64,000 nucleotides of DNA from Gloeobacterales cyanobacterium (lineage in GTDB: Bacteria > Cyanobacteriota > Cyanobacteriia > Gloeobacterales > PMM-0068): positions 60,532-124,531 of the forward strand of contig JBBRSB010000010.1 in NCBI GenBank assembly GCA_038245785.1. The letters are read 5' to 3'. A program made the translations under genes and the position numbers. Each line of letters opens with the position of its first letter. The stretch's first letter is position 1. The notes beneath the pieces were generated by a model. It did not search any database. It was not told the origin of the DNA and was given only the letters and a program-made list of their open reading frames with translations. Shown here piece after piece: positions 60,622 to 64,000 of the stretch.

Positions 60622-62455
60622 TTAGATTGGATAACATGTGTTCTGTTTTTCCTAGACTTTTATCTATAGACTCTAAAGCTAAGTCGAAACTGTAAATCTG
60701 AGCGCCCATAGCGACTACTAGATTGCGATTGTTTCCCTCAGCGAGTGCTGTAACCATCCGAGGGAGCAAAATTCGTTTAATTTTATGCTTGAGACTGACA
60801 ATGTAAAGTTGAGCATCTGCGGTGGCGATAGCAAATCCATCTTTAACAGGACAGGCGCATAGGACAGGAGAAGGAAGGGCTATGGGACGGACACAAAAAG
60901 GTTCTGGTTTGAGCAGCGTCACTGTTTTAGGTTCTAAAAAATGATGCAGGAGCAATATGCCATGCTGTCGGTTTTTCCATGCTCGGTGAGCCCCATGAGG
61001 CAGTTCGTCTTCTCCCTGCAGATTTCCAGCGTGATCGAAAATAGAGATAATTCCTTTGCCGTCTCCAGCAATTACCATCAAGCGCTCTTCTAAAAAGTAG
61101 GGCATTGGCGCAAAAGCATAGCTACGGACAGATATCTTTTGCAGTATTTGAGGTTTTTCAGGATTACTAATATCTAGACGTAATACAGCGCCAGGTTGTC
61201 CAATAACGAGGTTGTTTTTGAATATATCTACCTGGCAAGGAGTGGAATGTTCGTAGACCACCTGCAATTGATCCGACGCTTCGGAAGGCCAACGATAAAG
61301 TGCTGTTGAAGTCTGAGCGTAGAGCGTGCCCTCATAAATGTGTAAAGACTCTATCGCTTGTGGCAAAGCATAAGTCCGGGTGATATCTATGCTTTTTCTT
61401 TGCAGCGCTCTTCCCTGGGCTAGATAGACCCACTGTTTGGACAAGGCTATGGCTTGGATATCGCTGCCCAGGTCATTAGGGTCTAAAACGCCAGAAGATG
61501 GCGTGTACGGCCCCTTGAAAGCCGGGGCGTAACATAGTATGCCTGGAGGAGGGTTGAGCACTGTTAAGGTTTTGTAAAACTGACTTAGAGCCACTGCCAT
61601 AGACTGCGCAGACTGAAAGCGTTGAGAGGGATCTTTGGCAAGGGCCTGCTGCAGAAACTGGGTCAAAGGTTCTGGCAAATATTTGGGGAAGATAGGCATT
61701 TTGTTCTGATGAGCCCGCATCAATTCTCCTGGAGGCCCTTGGAAGGGGCGTCTGCCGAGCATCAACTCATAGAGAATGACCCCTAAGGCATAGAGGTCTG
61801 ACTGAGGACTGGTTTGGCCAGAAAACTGTTCTGGAGCCATATAGGCTGGAGAACCCCCTTGATGATGGGTCGAATGTTCTCCGACCAAACGGGAAATCCC
61901 GAAATCAGAAATTTTGATCTGCCAACCCTTGCCCATCGGTCTTAATAATAGATTTTCTGGTTTTAAGTCACAGTGCACGACCTGATGGCTATGGGCAAAG
62001 GCAAGACCTTCTAGAACTTGGATCAAGAGGCTCAGTCGTTGGGGCAACGATAGCCCGCCATCGGCCATCAAATTGCGCAGAGTCCCTCCTTCGCAGTACT
62101 CCAAAACGAGATAGCGAAAGCGGTCTCCATGCTCAATCGCCTCACAGCGAACAACTCGAGGATGCGCTAGGGCAAACAGTAAATTGACTTCTTTCAAAAA
62201 TGCCTGGGTAGTCAATCCGGCGGCAGGTAGTTCTTTGAGTGCCATCGAATAACCGTCAGACCGACGACGACACTGAAGCACTCTGCCATACTGTCCATAC
62301 CCCACCATGCCGACCAAAGTGTACTTTTGGGCCAAAACCTGGGGGAGGGGAGTCTCACTATGCACATAGCACCTTGGCTTTTCTTCTCCTCTTATTCTTC
62401 CCTTCTGAGGACGCGGACCCATCCCACGGGATGATCCATTTTGCCGTGTGCTCAT
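60614..62455 (-). CDS. Ser/Thr protein kinase with a C-terminal beta-rich (propeller-like) domain
   Basis: G.GQYG, ALK, HCDLKPEN, DFG, GSPAYMAPE. Confidence 0.92.
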   Translation of the reverse strand: MSTRQNGSSRGMGPRPQKGRIRGEEKPRCYVHSETPLPQVLAQKYTLVGMVGYGQYGRVLQCRRRSDGYSMALKELPAAGLTTQAFLKEVNLLFALAHPRVVRCEAIEHGDRFRYLVLEYCEGGTLRNLMADGGLSLPQRLSLLIQVLEGLAFAHSHQVVHCDLKPENLLLRPMGKGWQIKISDFGISRLVGEHSTHHQGGSPAYMAPEQFSGQTSPQSDLYALGVILYELMLGRRPFQGPPGELMRAHQNKMPIFPKYLPEPLTQFLQQALAKDPSQRFQSAQSMAVALSQFYKTLTVLNPPPGILCYAPAFKGPYTPSSGVLDPNDLGSDIQAIALSKQWVYLAQGRALQRKSIDITRTYALPQAIESLHIYEGTLYAQTSTALYRWPSEASDQLQVVYEHSTPCQVDIFKNNLVIGQPGAVLRLDISNPEKPQILQKISVRSYAFAPMPYFLEERLMVIAGDGKGIISIFDHAGNLQGEDELPHGAHRAWKNRQHGILLLHHFLEPKTVTLLKPEPFCVRPIALPSPVLCACPVKDGFAIATADAQLYIVSLKHKIKRILLPRMVTALAEGNNRNLVVAMGAQIYSFDLALESIDKSLGKTEHMLSNLTN

Positions 62456-62650
62456 GATGGGCTAAGGATTTCAGCACAGGTACAGACTGTTTTAGTTTAG
62501 ATTTCTATGACTAGGCCAATTTCTTACTAGATTGAATTCACCGTCAAAAAAAGCATCAAGGCTACAGCGCTTAATGGAGGCATACAGCATAATTAATGCA
62601 GCCCCTTTGGGGCTTAATACGTACAACAACTTGACGAAAGGAAATACGTA

Positions 62651-63238
62651 ATGAGTTTTATAACAGACATGTTGATGCAGCAACTTTCCGGGAATGCCGT
62701 TTCTCAAATCAGCCAGAGGCTGGGGGTTGACCAAGGGGTAGCAAGCCAAGCGATTGCTATGGCTACACCTCTGCTCATGTCTGCCATGGCCCGTAATGCA
62801 TCCAATCCTCAGGGGGCACAGGCGCTCCACCAAGCCCTCGCGCAGGACCATAACGGGGGCATTCTAAATAATGTGTCCGGATTCTTGGGTAACGCTCAAG
62901 CTGCTGACGGTGCAGGTATTTTGGGACATCTGCTCGGTGACCAGCAAGGTACAGTGCAGAATGGACTGGCCCAGCAAACAGGACTGGATGCCAATGCTTC
63001 TGGTCAACTCCTGCAGATGCTAGCGCCTGTAGTGATGGGAGCGGTGGGCCAGACTCAGCAACAACAAGGTCTTGATGCTAATGGCCTCGCTTCCATGCTG
63101 GGAAACCACCAGCAAACTGCTCAGGCTGCATCGCCGGACATGATGGGAATGCTAGGGGGCCTGCTTGATTCGAATAAGGATGGCAATGTGATCGATGATG
63201 TTGGCCGTATTGCCGGGCAGTTCTTTGGTGGACGATAG
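62651..63238 (+). CDS. DUF937 family protein
   Basis: GA.AL..AL..DH.G, DG.GILGH.LG, LD.N.DG...DD. Confidence 0.88.
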   Translation: MSFITDMLMQQLSGNAVSQISQRLGVDQGVASQAIAMATPLLMSAMARNASNPQGAQALHQALAQDHNGGILNNVSGFLGNAQAADGAGILGHLLGDQQGTVQNGLAQQTGLDANASGQLLQMLAPVVMGAVGQTQQQQGLDANGLASMLGNHQQTAQAASPDMMGMLGGLLDSNKDGNVIDDVGRIAGQFFGGR

Positions 63239-63266
63239 GATCTAGTGCTGCACAACCTAGAAAAGT

Positions 63267-64000
63267 TCAAAAAGGCAGCACTTTGAAGTCAAAGAGGCGC
63301 TCCATCATCCATACCGAAGCTACCAGGGCAATAGAAACGGAACCCCCTTTGAATGGAACCTGACGATAGAACCATGAGTCCCGCAGAGCAAAGGCCAGCG
63401 GTAAAAAAGCGCAGACAATGGCGATTTGTCCTGCTTCCACGCCCAGGTTAAAACCAATTAAGGCCCTTAACAGAGCTTCTTTGGGTAAACCTAAATCCGC
63501 CAACACGCTGGCAAACCCAAATCCGTGAATCAGCCCAAAGCCAAAAGCGATAACCCAGCGACGCCCTTGAACAACCGGGTAAATATTGTTTAGGGCTGAG
63601 AGGATCACAGAAAGAGCAATAACCGACTCTACCCAGCGGGAAGGCAACTGGATTACTCCTAAGGTAGCCAAGCTCAGGGTAATGGAGTGTGCGATTGTGA
63701 ACGCGGTAACGACCTTGAGCACATTCCCAAAGACAGAACGGATCTCCAGAACAGGTTTCCATCTTCCATCTCTGCGCTCTAGCACAGCGGGTAGCAAAAG
63801 AGTGAGCAGAAAGAGAATATGGTCAAAGCCAATCCAAATATGCCAAACACCTTCCCGCCCAAATTCTAGGAACTGTTGCACTGGGTTGACAGCTACTAAT
63901 TCCAAAGACTGATTCGCTTGGGCCGGACTAAATATTGCGGTACGGGTTAGTCCCTGGGATTCCAGGCGCAAGAGTCCCCGATGCTGAGGGTCAAGATCAA
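63267..64000 (-). CDS. HupE/UreJ-family membrane protein (5' end lies beyond the window)
   Basis: GVWHIWIGFDHILFL, TAFTIAHSITL, FGLIHGFGFA, FNLGVE.GQ; frame is open to the window edge. Confidence 0.9.
   Translation of the reverse strand, partial: DLDPQHRGLLRLESQGLTRTAIFSPAQANQSLELVAVNPVQQFLEFGREGVWHIWIGFDHILFLLTLLLPAVLERRDGRWKPVLEIRSVFGNVLKVVTAFTIAHSITLSLATLGVIQLPSRWVESVIALSVILSALNNIYPVVQGRRWVIAFGFGLIHGFGFASVLADLGLPKEALLRALIGFNLGVEAGQIAIVCAFLPLAFALRDSWFYRQVPFKGGSVSIALVASVWMMERLFDFKVLPF

Overview
A 64 kb window of a cyanobacterial chromosome. The divergent PSII subunits, the psbB-psbT-psbN order and the split ribosomal cluster suggest an early-branching, Gloeobacterales-like lineage (inference). 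Most of it is core genome: a PSII cluster (psbN, psbT, psbB, psbM, psbJLFE, ycf48, rubA; several are short genes absent from the ORF track), tmk, leuS, nadK-nblR-ispD, hfq, nanE, prfB with its programmed +1 frameshift, an hli gene, gloA, pabB, dnaG-alr-btpA-sigA, rimI-clpC, dapB, ndhM, rplC-rplD-rplW, tRNA-Thr(CGT), petB-petD and csaB. There are four accessory patches. (1) About 10.2-11.5 kb: an amber-interrupted DUF6883-like gene, a DUF4926-cyAbrB fusion and an orphan DUF433 gene. (2) About 22-30 kb: a TetR-InsA fusion facing a Rieske oxygenase, a tandem DUF732-like protein, a PspA/ESCRT-III gene coupled to a PstS-like gene, and an AT-rich region of small ORFs. (3) About 47-54.7 kb: a broken FdhF/YdeP gene, Uma2, a MazF-type TA module behind a degenerate tRNA-end copy, and a 3.7 kb integrative element in tRNA-Thr with a 46-bp att repeat, arm-site repeats, a tyrosine integrase and two cargo genes flanked by integron-cassette-like core sites. 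(4) A fused double ABC-2 permease. All family assignments come from motif recognition by eye; no database search was run.
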